Source of the DNA: Nitrospirota bacterium
Lineage (GTDB): Bacteria > Nitrospirota > Nitrospiria > Nitrospirales > Nitrospiraceae
Length of the DNA stretch: 64,000 nt
Direction: 5' to 3'
Assembly: GCA_963701855.1 (NCBI GenBank)
Contig: CAVPBK010000006.1
Location: 1,120,001 to 1,184,000 of the forward strand
Part shown: positions 9,201 through 20,259 of the stretch, piece after piece
How the letters are laid out: the number at the start of each line of letters is the position of its first letter
Numbering within the stretch: the first letter of the stretch is position 1
Program-made: the position numbers and the translations under genes
The notes under the pieces: generated by a model
The model's input: the letters and a program-made list of their open reading frames with translations, nothing else
Databases searched by the model: none
Told to the model about the DNA's origin: nothing

Positions 9201-9521
9201 TACTTCGATATTTGGAATTACCCACTCCTCCTTCTGCTATCCTGGGCCGTGAATGTCGTTCTGGCACTGAGTGGAGCGTTATTGCTCTATCAAGCTGCCG
9301 ATCGGGCGAAACAAGCGGTCTTGGCGGGACTGAGCAAGCAAATGATCCAAGCCCTTGGGCTCGGCAAGGACCACGAAATCCGTGCGAAACAGGTCCAGTA
9401 CATCATCGGCGAGGTTGAGGCCAACCAGAAGGGCGCGTTCGTTCCCTTCTACCAGCAACCCGTCGTTGAATCGTCGCTCTACGGCGTCGTCGCATTGCTG
9501 CAATATCTGTATATGAGATAA
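6249..9521 (+). CDS. Large membrane protein of unknown function (N-terminal anchor, about 650-aa extracytoplasmic domain, about 7 C-terminal TM helices)
   Basis: 1090-aa ORF; hydrophobic segments read by eye. Confidence 0.8.
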   Translation: MAKGSGESKLALVGVVTLAVALAGVLLVKEPLRSSRPVGTGLDINQTTGEESVRARLWEDPVAAVQRGLRGTRPPPAGSSKPGQSGESSLSQRLRPLRQAIADRVEKGERITVLLVTLSGDPYAESTESRIRDRYAVGTALGVACYVPEDEGHLSFVEGDAQAVGHALPYEWYRIRKTRICGEERGRIQSTLVVWIPDDALSQGYLATLTSLSQAMVCQESKQKNECILTEDKRRLVRLNPAVQQAVTFKLVGPRSSSALRDLLEEAGSLYGEPHEGVGVWPNTDGTIELYSPWASAMKGLMAYGLKKEGGKGPACQTYEACEQEFFHRLAAANIRLVYEIGSDDRLFDTLIEELERRQVRLGWDAVILIGEWDSLYGRALPIEFRAAACAKVATFTEAELKQIQVPTTIKAWCPTVPRAIDLQVQRTADYESLTLNVFRYSYLSGLDGEVPGDDSVKAARVEKPKTSETAKDALAGGLKERPEGTSQLDYVRALATRIQDEGEGAKAIGILGSDPYDALLILKALRPAFPYAVFFTVDLDARHLQASEYQWTRNMVIASPFGLQLDGGLQRDVPPFRSSDQTATYFAVLRAVNYVTCRAVGDRQNPAALCPGGYHVAMTPDDRIYDAAEHPRIFEVGREGAVDLSVVDIEGVRTIHPLRADLDHTDNLGQLKQGIGPGSATVTALVAIGLFVGTVLAWTNQRLWLRVSRSWRLLAVTGFLLLAGTSVFWVMGGGTALMAHHDEGEPFSWTAGVSIWPGEGLRLLAGILCVVFLVKGLRDLVKNSDDLTDAFQFRIDQGQRSRFTLKTFWTNLQRVYHSAATRTATTVDQAWAWYLDAADPLQRTARVLVLFLLYGAVMISLGHWVVDEEMIHPCRGWLSCRVDEIMTLVSVSLVVLLNLAVFDEVMLCRRWVGWVNSSSGGWSEQVQQEYLREYGLSQSHKTEFEKLKYLAGIDLISRRTEAVNRLIRYPFITLLIMIAARNDYFDIWNYPLLLLLSWAVNVVLALSGALLLYQAADRAKQAVLAGLSKQMIQALGLGKDHEIRAKQVQYIIGEVEANQKGAFVPFYQQPVVESSLYGVVALLQYLYMR

Positions 9522-9531
9522 CGGGTTGTTC

Positions 9532-10251
9532 ATGCGTGAAGAACACATAGGCGGGTTACGGGCACGAGTCACGGGCGGCACAGATGGAAAGGGTGGAGGT
9601 CGCGGTCCGCTTGTCCTGCTTCTGCATGGTTTCGGCGCGCCAGGGGACGATCTTGTGTCGTTGGCTGACGTCTTGAACGTGCCGGCTGGCACGAGGTTTG
9701 TCTTTCCCGAAGGCCCGCTCTCGTTGAGTTTTGGGCCGAGCGATGCGCGCGCCTGGTGGCTCATTGACATGGCGCGCATTGCCGCGGATCAAGCCGCAGG
9801 CCGGGTGCGTGATCTCTCGCAAGACATTCCTAAAGGCCTGGCTCCTGCTCGCGAGACGATGCTGGCGTTTCTGAAGGAAGTCGAACACAAGTTCGGTGCG
9901 GACCCGCGGAAGACCATTCTCGGGGGATTTTCCCAGGGCGCCATGCTTTCTTGTGATGTGATGCTCAGATCGACGCAACCCTATGCCGGGTTGGTCCAAC
10001 TGTCTGGAACGCTCCTCGCCGTACAGGAATGGACTCCGCTTCTCCAGAAACGCAAGGGCCTGCCGGTGTTTCAAAGCCATGGGATGCAGGATGAGCTTCT
10101 GCCCTACGTGGGGGCAGAAAGGCTGCGCGACACTTTGATTCACTCGGGCCTTTTGGTTGAATGGCACAGTTTCCGTGGTGGCCATGAGATTCCAAGAATG
10201 GTTCTGCAGCAGCTGGGGCCGTTCATCAACAAGGCGGTCGCTCAAATATGA
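9532..10251 (+). CDS. Phospholipase/carboxylesterase (alpha/beta hydrolase)
   Basis: LLHGFGA, GGFSQGA nucleophile motif, HG..D, GGHEI. Confidence 0.9.
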   Translation: MREEHIGGLRARVTGGTDGKGGGRGPLVLLLHGFGAPGDDLVSLADVLNVPAGTRFVFPEGPLSLSFGPSDARAWWLIDMARIAADQAAGRVRDLSQDIPKGLAPARETMLAFLKEVEHKFGADPRKTILGGFSQGAMLSCDVMLRSTQPYAGLVQLSGTLLAVQEWTPLLQKRKGLPVFQSHGMQDELLPYVGAERLRDTLIHSGLLVEWHSFRGGHEIPRMVLQQLGPFINKAVAQI

Positions 10252-11003
10252 GTAGTCCGCACTCGTTCGAACTCGCAGCCGCAGACGGCAAAATGATTCG
10301 CGGCGATCGCTCAATTGGCCAGGATCGCCAGATTCTCTTCATCACCGGTTTCCTCTCGAAACGCTGGGGCAACAAGAGCAAGGCGCTCGCACAGTGGTGT
10401 GAAGATAAAGGGTGGGGGTTTTGCTGCTACGATGTGCGCGGGTTCGGGGAGTCAGAAGGGAGATTTACCGACTACACGTTGTCCGATTGGATCGCCGATG
10501 CGCGGCTCGTGTTGAATATGCTGCGAGAGGGACCGCCGATTTCCATAGTTGGCAATTCACTCGGAAGTTGGATCGCCTGGCTTATGGCGCAAGAGTTTCA
10601 GGAAGTTGAGCGACTGATTCTCATCGCTCCCGCATTCAACATGATGGGCGTCCGCGCGCGGTCAATTTCAGAAGAACGGCGCCATGCCTGGCTTACCGCC
10701 GGCTGGATGCCCTGGGACGACGAGCTCGCTCACAAGGATTGGCCGTTGTCATGGAAATGGGTCGAGGAAAGCGCCGGCTATTGGAAGACTAGCTTCGATC
10801 GACTCAGGCCGGTGAAAACAACGATCCTCCACGGTCTCCAAGATACGGTGATTCTACCGAGAGGGAGCAGTGAGTTCGTTGAGCAACTGCTCTCGCGCGA
10901 CCCCGCGTTCCCGGTCGAACTTCATCTGATTCCGGGCGATCATCGATTGAGCAGTCATGAACAGGTTGAACGGTTTCGCCGGCTTGTCCTTGAAACCCCA
11001 TGA
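10248..11003 (+). CDS. Alpha/beta fold hydrolase
   Basis: YDVRGFGESEG, GNSLG, HGLQD, GDHRLS. Confidence 0.9.
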   Translation: MSSPHSFELAAADGKMIRGDRSIGQDRQILFITGFLSKRWGNKSKALAQWCEDKGWGFCCYDVRGFGESEGRFTDYTLSDWIADARLVLNMLREGPPISIVGNSLGSWIAWLMAQEFQEVERLILIAPAFNMMGVRARSISEERRHAWLTAGWMPWDDELAHKDWPLSWKWVEESAGYWKTSFDRLRPVKTTILHGLQDTVILPRGSSEFVEQLLSRDPAFPVELHLIPGDHRLSSHEQVERFRRLVLETP

Positions 11004-11009
11004 GGCACG

Positions 11010-11180
11010 ATGATGCTCACATTGATTCATAAAGAATGCGGTGGGCCCGCCCTGGACGAATCGCCGGTCGGCGAAGTCTGTGCCATCCCCATCGACCGGT
11101 TTCCCTTTGCTTGCTTCAGTTGCCTTGAAGAAATCGACGACGAATCGGAAGTCCGGCTCTCCGAAGAATTGGGCATTTGA
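11010..11180 (+). CDS. 56-aa putative zinc-ribbon protein
   Basis: MMLTLIHKECGGPALDESPVGEVCAIPIDRFPFACFSCLEEIDDESEVRLSEELGI: HxxC...CxxC; GAGG RBS; directly follows the hydrolase stop. Confidence 0.65.
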   Translation: MMLTLIHKECGGPALDESPVGEVCAIPIDRFPFACFSCLEEIDDESEVRLSEELGI

Positions 11181-11288
11181 CGGAACACACCCTTCCTCTC
11201 AGGCTCCATCCAACTGGTTGTGCAACAGGATAGGCTTTTGTTATCGTGAGCCCTTCAGCAGGGCTATATACAAGGAGAACGGTGTTCC

Positions 11289-12968
<1,680 letters not shown>

Positions 12969-12981
12969 TAAATCACCCACC

Positions 12982-13863
12982 ATGGCACCTCGTGCGATCA
13001 TCACCGGGGCGGCAGGATTGATCGGACAGTATCTTGTAAAGACCGCCACGAGATGGGCTCCGGGTTGGGATGTACAGGGGCTGACCCGTGCGGAGCTTGA
13101 TCTGACCGAGATGTTGAAGGTGGAAGCGCGGGTTCATGCGCTGAAGCCCGACCTCCTCATTCATTGTGCCGCGCTTAGCCGAACCAAGGCCTGCGAGCAA
13201 GATCCTGAACAAGCCCGCCGCATCAATGTGGAGGCCACTGCGCACCTCGCACAACTGTCCCAGGACATTCCTTTCATATTTTTGTCCAGCGGGGAAGTTT
13301 TCGATGGGAGGACCGGCTGGTATGGCGAGACGGATGAACCGAACCCGATCAACGTGTATGGTCAGACCAAGCTGGAAGCCGAACAGGCCATCATACAGAA
13401 TCCCAGACATTCAGTCGTTCGGATTGTCCTGACTGCCGGAACTTCTGAGACCGGTAATAGAAGTTTTGTCGAAGATATGTGTCGGGCTGCGAAGGCCGAC
13501 AAGGACGTGACACTCTATGTCGACGAGTTCCGCTGCCCGCTTCCTGCTGTGGTCATCGCCCGAGTCATCTGGGAATTAGTCGATCGCAAGCAGCCAGGTC
13601 TCTATCACCTGGGCGGGAGCGAACGGCTCTCGCGCTGGGAAATCGGAGAAGCCTTGCTGCCTTGGTATCCGGAGTTGAAAGGCCACCTGATAAAAGGTTC
13701 CGCACGGGACCACGTCGGGAGCCTTAGGCCTGCCGACCTCTCGCTCCGCTGCGACAAGATCCAGAGCCTCCTGTCGTTTCGTATTCCGGGGTTTTGTGAA
13801 TGGCTCGCTCAACGTCCGCGCCGAGGTGCCGACCCGTGGGACTATCTCGATAGAAGTCCGTGA
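12982..13863 (+). CDS. RmlD-like SDR oxidoreductase (dTDP-4-dehydrorhamnose reductase family)
   Basis: ITGAAGLIG, PINVYGQTK (YxxxK), GLYHLGG. Confidence 0.85.
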   Translation: MAPRAIITGAAGLIGQYLVKTATRWAPGWDVQGLTRAELDLTEMLKVEARVHALKPDLLIHCAALSRTKACEQDPEQARRINVEATAHLAQLSQDIPFIFLSSGEVFDGRTGWYGETDEPNPINVYGQTKLEAEQAIIQNPRHSVVRIVLTAGTSETGNRSFVEDMCRAAKADKDVTLYVDEFRCPLPAVVIARVIWELVDRKQPGLYHLGGSERLSRWEIGEALLPWYPELKGHLIKGSARDHVGSLRPADLSLRCDKIQSLLSFRIPGFCEWLAQRPRRGADPWDYLDRSP

Positions 13864-14123
13864 GGCGTGAATTTAGGGATCGGAACATCGGAGGACGCGA
13901 TGGTCACGGCTATGGTGGGCCTACGTTGTCAGGGGAGTGAGCATGCCTGGATGGCTCCTGACCTGACCTGGGTTGGTTGGCGCTACCGAAAGTCATCGGT
14001 ATTCCCTGGACGGAGCGACAGGCCCTCGCGAGCCGTGGAGAGTCTATCGAGAGTACCAACGGACGACGAACGCATTCTTCCCATGGTTTTCTCGGGGCTT
14101 GCAGTGAATGCATGAAAAGTGCG

Positions 14124-14486
14124 CTACCAAGATCTTGCCCCCACCAACTCGCAAGACGATTCAGTTTCCACCTGATCCAGAAAACGATTCAGCCTAGCAC
14201 GCGATGTCGCATCAATCGTTTGGATTGTCCACCCGGCATCGCGTCCTTTCGACCATTGGACGATAGCGGAGTCGATCAGTAAATACTTGGACTCTCCACC
14301 ATCGGCAAGTTCAAGGTAAACTGGCATACTCATACCCGGTGTGACCGGGTGGTCTCCCGTGGCTCGCCAGCCGGATGCCGACAGATCCCAGAGGTGACCT
14401 TTTCCGTGAAATTCCTCGCTATGGTACAGAAAGGCACAGCAGACCGAAACACGCTGCCCCGCTCGAACGACATAGGTCCTGGCCAT
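14124..14486 (-). CDS. Stand-alone PilZ domain protein
   Basis: RAGQR (RxxxR) and DLSASG (DxSxxG); AAGGAG RBS before ATG 14486. Confidence 0.85.
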   Translation of the reverse strand: MARTYVVRAGQRVSVCCAFLYHSEEFHGKGHLWDLSASGWRATGDHPVTPGMSMPVYLELADGGESKYLLIDSAIVQWSKGRDAGWTIQTIDATSRARLNRFLDQVETESSCELVGARSW

Positions 14487-14666
14487 CTCACTCTCCTTGT
14501 CGATCGCCTTTCCTTCCAAGGTGTCTGCTCCAAACATAGCAAGGCAGCTCTTTGGCGCTATGCCTCATAAGAGGGGGCAAGGGTGATCTTGAGAGGGACA
14601 TCTTGCCGCAGTTTGATCAGAAGAAGTGAATGTAAAGGGGACCAGGAGATGGGCGGAGTAGGTGAT

Positions 14667-14897
14667 CTACTGGCTTTGCTTGAGAGTGGCGAGGCGAGCT
14701 TGGGCCGTGGTTGCTTCTTGGCTGGTTGGATAGAGACGGATCACATCTTCGTACAACTGCTTCGCGTGGGGCAGATTCATCTGGCGCTCTTCAAACTGGG
14801 CGGTCTCAAGCAGTTCCTTGGCCTTGTCGCCTGAACAGCCTAGCAACAGCATGCAACAAAACGCGCAGAGTATGAGGCGTATCGTCATTCTAGTCAT
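14667..14897 (-). CDS. Small TPR-like lipoprotein
   Basis: Lipobox LLGC; single helical repeat AKQLYEDVIRLYPTS..A..AQARL. Confidence 0.7.
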   Translation of the reverse strand: MTRMTIRLILCAFCCMLLLGCSGDKAKELLETAQFEERQMNLPHAKQLYEDVIRLYPTSQEATTAQARLATLKQSQ

Positions 14898-14913
14898 CCT
14901 TTCTGGACGCATC

Positions 14914-15258
14914 CTACCGGCCTGACGCGTTGCTGTCCACTCGACCAGATGGTGATCCAACCGAATCGATGCCGTAACGCGGGGCGGTAATGCCCTCGCT
15001 TCGACAATATGGGCATCGGCTTGGGCTCGTTAAGCGTCTGCGGTCGCAAAAAACAAAGTCGCAATCCTGACAGCGTGCCGGGTCCAGAATGAATCGCCTT
15101 GTCTTGTCACGCGCAACGGTTTTCACGACGTGGGTCAGATGCTCCTCGACCTGTCGCTCGCGAATACCCAGTAGCTGTGCCAACTGGTAAGACGATAGCC
15201 TGGTGCCGGTAATCGCGTCGATGATCCGTTGACGCGGTGTCCGTTCGGGAGGCAACAT
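14914..15258 (-). CDS. HTH plus Zn-ribbon transcriptional regulator (COG3357-like)
   Basis: QLAQLLGIRERQVEEHL helix-turn-helix; CQDC...CPYC. Confidence 0.8.
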   Translation of the reverse strand: MLPPERTPRQRIIDAITGTRLSSYQLAQLLGIRERQVEEHLTHVVKTVARDKTRRFILDPARCQDCDFVFCDRRRLTSPSRCPYCRSEGITAPRYGIDSVGSPSGRVDSNASGR

Positions 15259-15340
15259 GCCACAACATCGTAGGACATCGGGCGAGAAAAACCAAGGCCG
15301 AGTTGAACAGTGCCGGCGTCTCTGCCAGGATACAACCATC

Positions 15341-16807
15341 ATGCTCGGTCATCCGAATCCTCATCAGGACGAACTCGCCGAACTCGTGCTGAAACGCGTG
15401 GTGGCTTCCGGCGCCGAATATGGGGACATCCGCCTCCTCGACAGCGTGACCCAGACCATTCGAGGTGAAGATCGCCGGATCGCCTCCATTCGAGAATCGC
15501 AGGACCGTGGGTTCGGGATACGGGTTCTCTATCATGGCGCTTGGGGCTTCGCGGCCAGTTCTGTGCAGTCGCTGGAAGAAGTCCCTCGTGTGGCTGAATT
15601 GGCGATCGAGATTGCCAAAGGCTCTGCGTCCGTCGCGAGCGAAAAGGTAAAACTTGCCGAAGAGGCGGTCCATCGAGACCGGGTCGTCACGGAACGGCGG
15701 ATCGATCCGTTTGCCGTCGCGATCGAGAAGAAAACAGCGCTGCTCCTGGACACGATGGAGTCTGTCCATCGGCAGCCCGGCATCGTGCGGAGCAGCGCGA
15801 ACCTATGGGCTCGTCGGGACCGTAAGCTCTTCGTGTCGACCGAAGGGTCGCGTCTGGAATTCGACCTCCTTGCCGTGAACGGAGATTTCGATGCCACGGC
15901 GATCCATGACGGGCGGTTCGCCTCGCGGAGCTTCAATACGCCGCATCTTCGAACGGGCTATGAATTGATCGAGGGCGCGAATTTTTTAGCCGAGGCCTCA
16001 CGCCTCGCGTTTCAAGCCGTTGAGAAGGTGAAGGCGCCCATCACCGAACCGGGTCTCTACGATCTCGTCCTTGATCCTGAACATCTGTCGCTCACGATGC
16101 ATGAGTCCTGTGGCCATCCAAGCGAGCTCGACCGCGCGCTTGGGTATGAGGCCAACTATGCGGGCACCAGCTTTCTCACGACCGACAAACGAGGAACCTT
16201 TCGATACGGCTCTCCGCACGTGAATCTGGTGGCCGACAACGGTGAACCGGAGACCCTCGCCGCAACCGGCTACGACGATGATGGCGTGGCATGTCAGCGA
16301 TGGGACATTGTGCGCGACGGGATCTTCGTCGGCTATTGCACGAACCGCGAGGTTGCGACGAAGATCGGCGAGACGCGCTCACGCGGTTCCAATCGTGCGG
16401 ACAGCTGGGGGAGCGTCCCGATCGTTCGTATCGCCAACATCGGCCTTGAGCCAGGTTCCGCCACCCTCGATGAGTTACTTGCCGATGTGACGCGGGGCAT
16501 CTACATCGAAGGCCACGGGTCCTACAGCATCGATCAACGGCGGTATAACTTCCAGTTCGGCGGCGATGCATTTTGGCTGATCGAGAATGGGAAACGAACC
16601 CACATGATTCGCGATGTCGTCTACCATGGAATCACGCCGGAGTTTTGGAATAGTTGCGACGGGGTTGCGGATCGATCGCATCGACGGCGGTATGGGTTTA
16701 TCACGTGTGGAAAAGGCCAGCCTGCCCAGTCCGGCTGGATGACTCATGCGGCGTCCCACGCGCGGTTCCGCAACGTCAGCGTCATCGGAGGGCAGGCCGG
16801 ATCATGA
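15341..16807 (+). CDS. tldD: TldD metalloprotease
   Basis: HESCGHPSELD zinc motif, GFGIRV, CGKGQP. Confidence 0.92.
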   Translation: MLGHPNPHQDELAELVLKRVVASGAEYGDIRLLDSVTQTIRGEDRRIASIRESQDRGFGIRVLYHGAWGFAASSVQSLEEVPRVAELAIEIAKGSASVASEKVKLAEEAVHRDRVVTERRIDPFAVAIEKKTALLLDTMESVHRQPGIVRSSANLWARRDRKLFVSTEGSRLEFDLLAVNGDFDATAIHDGRFASRSFNTPHLRTGYELIEGANFLAEASRLAFQAVEKVKAPITEPGLYDLVLDPEHLSLTMHESCGHPSELDRALGYEANYAGTSFLTTDKRGTFRYGSPHVNLVADNGEPETLAATGYDDDGVACQRWDIVRDGIFVGYCTNREVATKIGETRSRGSNRADSWGSVPIVRIANIGLEPGSATLDELLADVTRGIYIEGHGSYSIDQRRYNFQFGGDAFWLIENGKRTHMIRDVVYHGITPEFWNSCDGVADRSHRRRYGFITCGKGQPAQSGWMTHAASHARFRNVSVIGGQAGS

Positions 16808-18147
16808 ATACGACCGGTCACAAAACCTGGCCGAAGCTGACAAGCCGGGAGGAGTTCAGATTTCTCGCGGATCTGGTCCTCAAACATTCGACCGGCGATC
16901 ACACGCTGGTGTCGTTGCACGATCAGCAGAGCGGGACGACGCGGTTTGCGAACAATCAGATCATTCAGAACATCGATACAAGACGCGGGTCTTTGAATGT
17001 GACGGTGGCGTTCGAGCGTCGTCACGGCACCGCCGGCACGACGGACTTTACCGCGGGGGCGGTGCAAGAGGCGGTGGTCAGAGCCACGCAGATCGCGCGT
17101 TTGTCGCCGGACGATCTAGAATACCTCCCACCGGTGGAGCCACAGCAATATCCGACGACACCTACAACGCGACCAGAAACTGCCGTGGCAGGGCCGGCCC
17201 GTCGGCTGGAATACACGAACGAGGCGATCGGGCAATGCCGGATGGAAAATCTGGGCGCAGCCGGTATTGTATCCTCGTCGATGGCGACGGTTGGAGTGGC
17301 CGCGAGCACGGGGCTTTTTGCCCATGAAGAACGGACTGATGCACGATTCAGTCTCACAGTTCAGGCCGGCGAGGCCACAGGCTGGGGTGCCGCGGCCCAT
17401 CGGTCCATCGATCATCTGAAGGTCCAGGAACGGACACTCACCGCGATCGATAGAGCCAAGCGGGGCCTGGAGGTGCGCGAGCTGCCGCCGGGGCGCTATA
17501 CCGTGATCCTTGAGCCGGCTGCCGTCGCGGGGCTGTGGTCCTCGCTGCTCTGGACGCTCGATGCGAAATCCTACGAGAAAGGGACGAGTGCACTCTCAGG
17601 CAAATTGGGACAATTGATCGTCGACAAGCGATTGACGCTGCGCAATCTGCCGTCGCACGAGGATCTCTTGGGCATTGGGTTCACCACTGATGGATTGCCG
17701 ACCGTGGCATCCGACTGGATTGTAGACGGGATACTCACACAGCTTGCGTATGATCGGTTCACTGCAAAGGAGCGTGGGGTCGACAAGATTCCCACGCTCG
17801 ATGCTCCCTGCCTCTCAGGAAGAGGATCCTTTTTGCCGAGCCTACAGGATTTAATCAAGAGCACGGAACGCGCCATCCTCGTGACGAACTTCTGGTACAT
17901 CCGGACGGTCAATCCGACCGACCTTACCCTGACCGGTATGACGAGAGATGGCACATTTCTCGTCGAAAATGGAGCGATCATGTCGGCGGTGAAAAACTTT
18001 CGGTTTCACGAGAGCCCTCTGCGAGTGTTCAACCGGATCGTGGCTTTCACCAATCCGGCTGAAGCGATCACGTCCGAAACCGGCAAGCTTCTCGTGCCGG
18101 CGATGACGCTTCGCGACTTTAACTTTTCCAGCGTCACCCGATTCTGA
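16804..18147 (+). CDS. pmbA: PmbA/TldE partner protein
   Basis: TTRFANN, LPPGRYTVILEP, LTGMTRDG; ATGA overlap with tldD. Confidence 0.85.
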   Translation: MNTTGHKTWPKLTSREEFRFLADLVLKHSTGDHTLVSLHDQQSGTTRFANNQIIQNIDTRRGSLNVTVAFERRHGTAGTTDFTAGAVQEAVVRATQIARLSPDDLEYLPPVEPQQYPTTPTTRPETAVAGPARRLEYTNEAIGQCRMENLGAAGIVSSSMATVGVAASTGLFAHEERTDARFSLTVQAGEATGWGAAAHRSIDHLKVQERTLTAIDRAKRGLEVRELPPGRYTVILEPAAVAGLWSSLLWTLDAKSYEKGTSALSGKLGQLIVDKRLTLRNLPSHEDLLGIGFTTDGLPTVASDWIVDGILTQLAYDRFTAKERGVDKIPTLDAPCLSGRGSFLPSLQDLIKSTERAILVTNFWYIRTVNPTDLTLTGMTRDGTFLVENGAIMSAVKNFRFHESPLRVFNRIVAFTNPAEAITSETGKLLVPAMTLRDFNFSSVTRF

Positions 18148-18219
18148 GGTTCGCCTGTCCGAGCGGACAACCTACCATCAATTTGTTGACTCGGCGGGAG
18201 AGCAGAGATACACAAGAGT

Positions 18220-18450
18220 GTGGGGAATGGAGTGAGTCTGACAAGATGGTGTCTCATGGCGGTGCTGGGAGCGAGCTTGTTAGGCGCCGGTTGCAATTTC
18301 GCAAGAACTTCGACGCAAGAGGATCTCGGACAAGGAATCGCGCGGGGCACGCTGAGAGCCCAACAGAGCGGCGACGTGCAGCTCGCTATGCCGACTAATG
18401 TTTTTTCTCTAACTAATCGGAACATTGATCGAGGCGAAGGATCGTACTAA
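18220..18450 (+). CDS. Possible small lipoprotein
   Basis: Hydrophobic N-terminus with LLGAGC lipobox; no other support. Confidence 0.35.
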   Translation: MGNGVSLTRWCLMAVLGASLLGAGCNFARTSTQEDLGQGIARGTLRAQQSGDVQLAMPTNVFSLTNRNIDRGEGSY

Positions 18451-18478
18451 ATCAAGCTCAGGTCTGATAAACAGGCTC

Positions 18479-20137
18479 ATGCAGGTTAGAAGAGGATCGA
18501 TGTTCGCTACATTCTTGGTTGTAGGTATGGCCTGTTGGCTTGCGATATTCTCATTGGCGGAAGCCGCGCTTGCTGACCAGACCGATGCTCCGCCGCTCTT
18601 CGACAATCTGGGCTCCCTCCACCATTCCATCACCACCACATCGGAACAGACTCAACGGTATTTTGATCAGGGGCTCCGACTCGTCTATGCCTTCAACCAC
18701 GAAGAAGCGATCCGGTCGTTTGAGGCTGCGATCCAACAGGACCCTCAGGCACCCATGCCCTATTGGGGAATTGCTCTGGCACTCGGCCCCAACATCAATA
18801 GTGCGATGGAAAAGAAACACGAACGTCGCGCCGTTGAGATGGTAGAAAAGGCTCGACGACTGGCAGATCACACAACTCGTGAGGAAAAGGCCTATATCGA
18901 AGCGTTGGTCCTGCGGTACGTGAGCCGGAAGGGGGCCAACCGCCAGGGACTCAATGAGGCCTATGCGAAGGCCATGAGATCGGTGGCGCAGCAATTCCCC
19001 GAGGATGATGATGCGGCCACCCTGTTTACGGAGGCGCTGATGGATTTGCGGCCCTGGGATTTTTGGAAACCGGATGGGCGACCGCAGCCTGGCACAGACG
19101 AGATCGTTACTACGCTCGAGTCTGTGCTCGCGCGAAACCCTGATCATCCGGGGGCCTGCCACTACTACCTGCATGCAGTTGAGGCGTCATTGGAGCCGGA
19201 ACGGGCCTTGCCCTGTGCGGAACGGCTGCCGAATCTCATGCCGGGCGCCGGCCATCTCGTTCATATGCCTGCACATATTTACATGCGGGTCGGGAGGTAC
19301 CACGAAGCAGTGGAGCGGAATCAGCAGGCAGCCCACGTCGATGAGCAATACACGGCCACTCAACACCCAACCGGCGAGTATACCGATGGCTATTACAAAC
19401 ACAATCTACATTTTCTCTGGGCGTCCCTGGCAATGGAGGGGCGTAATGTCGAAGCCATGAAGGCTGCTCGCGACTTGACGGCGACCATTACAGCGGAGGA
19501 AGCCAGCAAAGACCGTTCGAAGGAACTTTACCTCCCGACGCCGATTTTTTCGATGATTCGGTTCAGTCGGTGGGAGGAGTTGCTCAGGGAACCTCCGCCG
19601 CCCAAGGGGTTACGTTTGATGGAAGGGATGTGGAGACTGGGGCGAGGGCTGGCTCTTGTTTCAACCGGCCGACTCCCCGGGGCGGAGGGTGAACACGTTG
19701 TCCTTGCCGGCCTCACAAAGCAGATCCGTCGGGATCGCACGACAGAAGAAAAGACCGAACGGGCGCTTCTCAAGATTGCTGAGCGAGTCCTGTCAGGAGA
19801 GATCGCTGTCCGCCGCCAGCGCTACAATGACGCGATTCGGCTGTTTGAGGACGCGATCAAAATAGAAGAGGCACTTCCATACTCGGAGCCGCCACTCTGG
19901 CCATTGTCCGTACGGCACCATTTGGGGACAGCGCTCTTACTGGCCGATCGCCCGTCAGAAGCGGAAGCGGCCTATCATGCGGATCTTCTGCGACATCCGG
20001 ACAACGGGTGGGCGCTGATCGGATTGATCCAGAGCCTGCGAGCCCAACAGAAGGATGATCAGGCAACTGAGGCCGAAGATCGGTTCAAGAAGGCCTGGGC
20101 TCATGCCGACTTCACTCCGGCTGCGTCTCGGATGTAA
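18479..20137 (+). CDS. Exported TPR-repeat protein
   Basis: Signal peptide; YFDQGLRLVYAFNHEEA, HPGACHYYLHAVE, GHLVHMPAHIY; start uncertain. Confidence 0.85.
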   Translation: MQVRRGSMFATFLVVGMACWLAIFSLAEAALADQTDAPPLFDNLGSLHHSITTTSEQTQRYFDQGLRLVYAFNHEEAIRSFEAAIQQDPQAPMPYWGIALALGPNINSAMEKKHERRAVEMVEKARRLADHTTREEKAYIEALVLRYVSRKGANRQGLNEAYAKAMRSVAQQFPEDDDAATLFTEALMDLRPWDFWKPDGRPQPGTDEIVTTLESVLARNPDHPGACHYYLHAVEASLEPERALPCAERLPNLMPGAGHLVHMPAHIYMRVGRYHEAVERNQQAAHVDEQYTATQHPTGEYTDGYYKHNLHFLWASLAMEGRNVEAMKAARDLTATITAEEASKDRSKELYLPTPIFSMIRFSRWEELLREPPPPKGLRLMEGMWRLGRGLALVSTGRLPGAEGEHVVLAGLTKQIRRDRTTEEKTERALLKIAERVLSGEIAVRRQRYNDAIRLFEDAIKIEEALPYSEPPLWPLSVRHHLGTALLLADRPSEAEAAYHADLLRHPDNGWALIGLIQSLRAQQKDDQATEAEDRFKKAWAHADFTPAASRM

Positions 20138-20259
20138 AGCATGAGCGAGACAAATAAGACGTGCGAGACATGAACCGCCCCGCTTTTCTCACAAGTCTCG
20201 CATGTGAGGTGTAAGGTTTCACAAAGCTATTCGACCGAGTCAGTGAGGAGGGTTGTTTC

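Noticed and set aside
13867..14115. 82-aa ORF after the RmlD-like gene
   Set aside because: No recognisable motif; cannot support as a gene.
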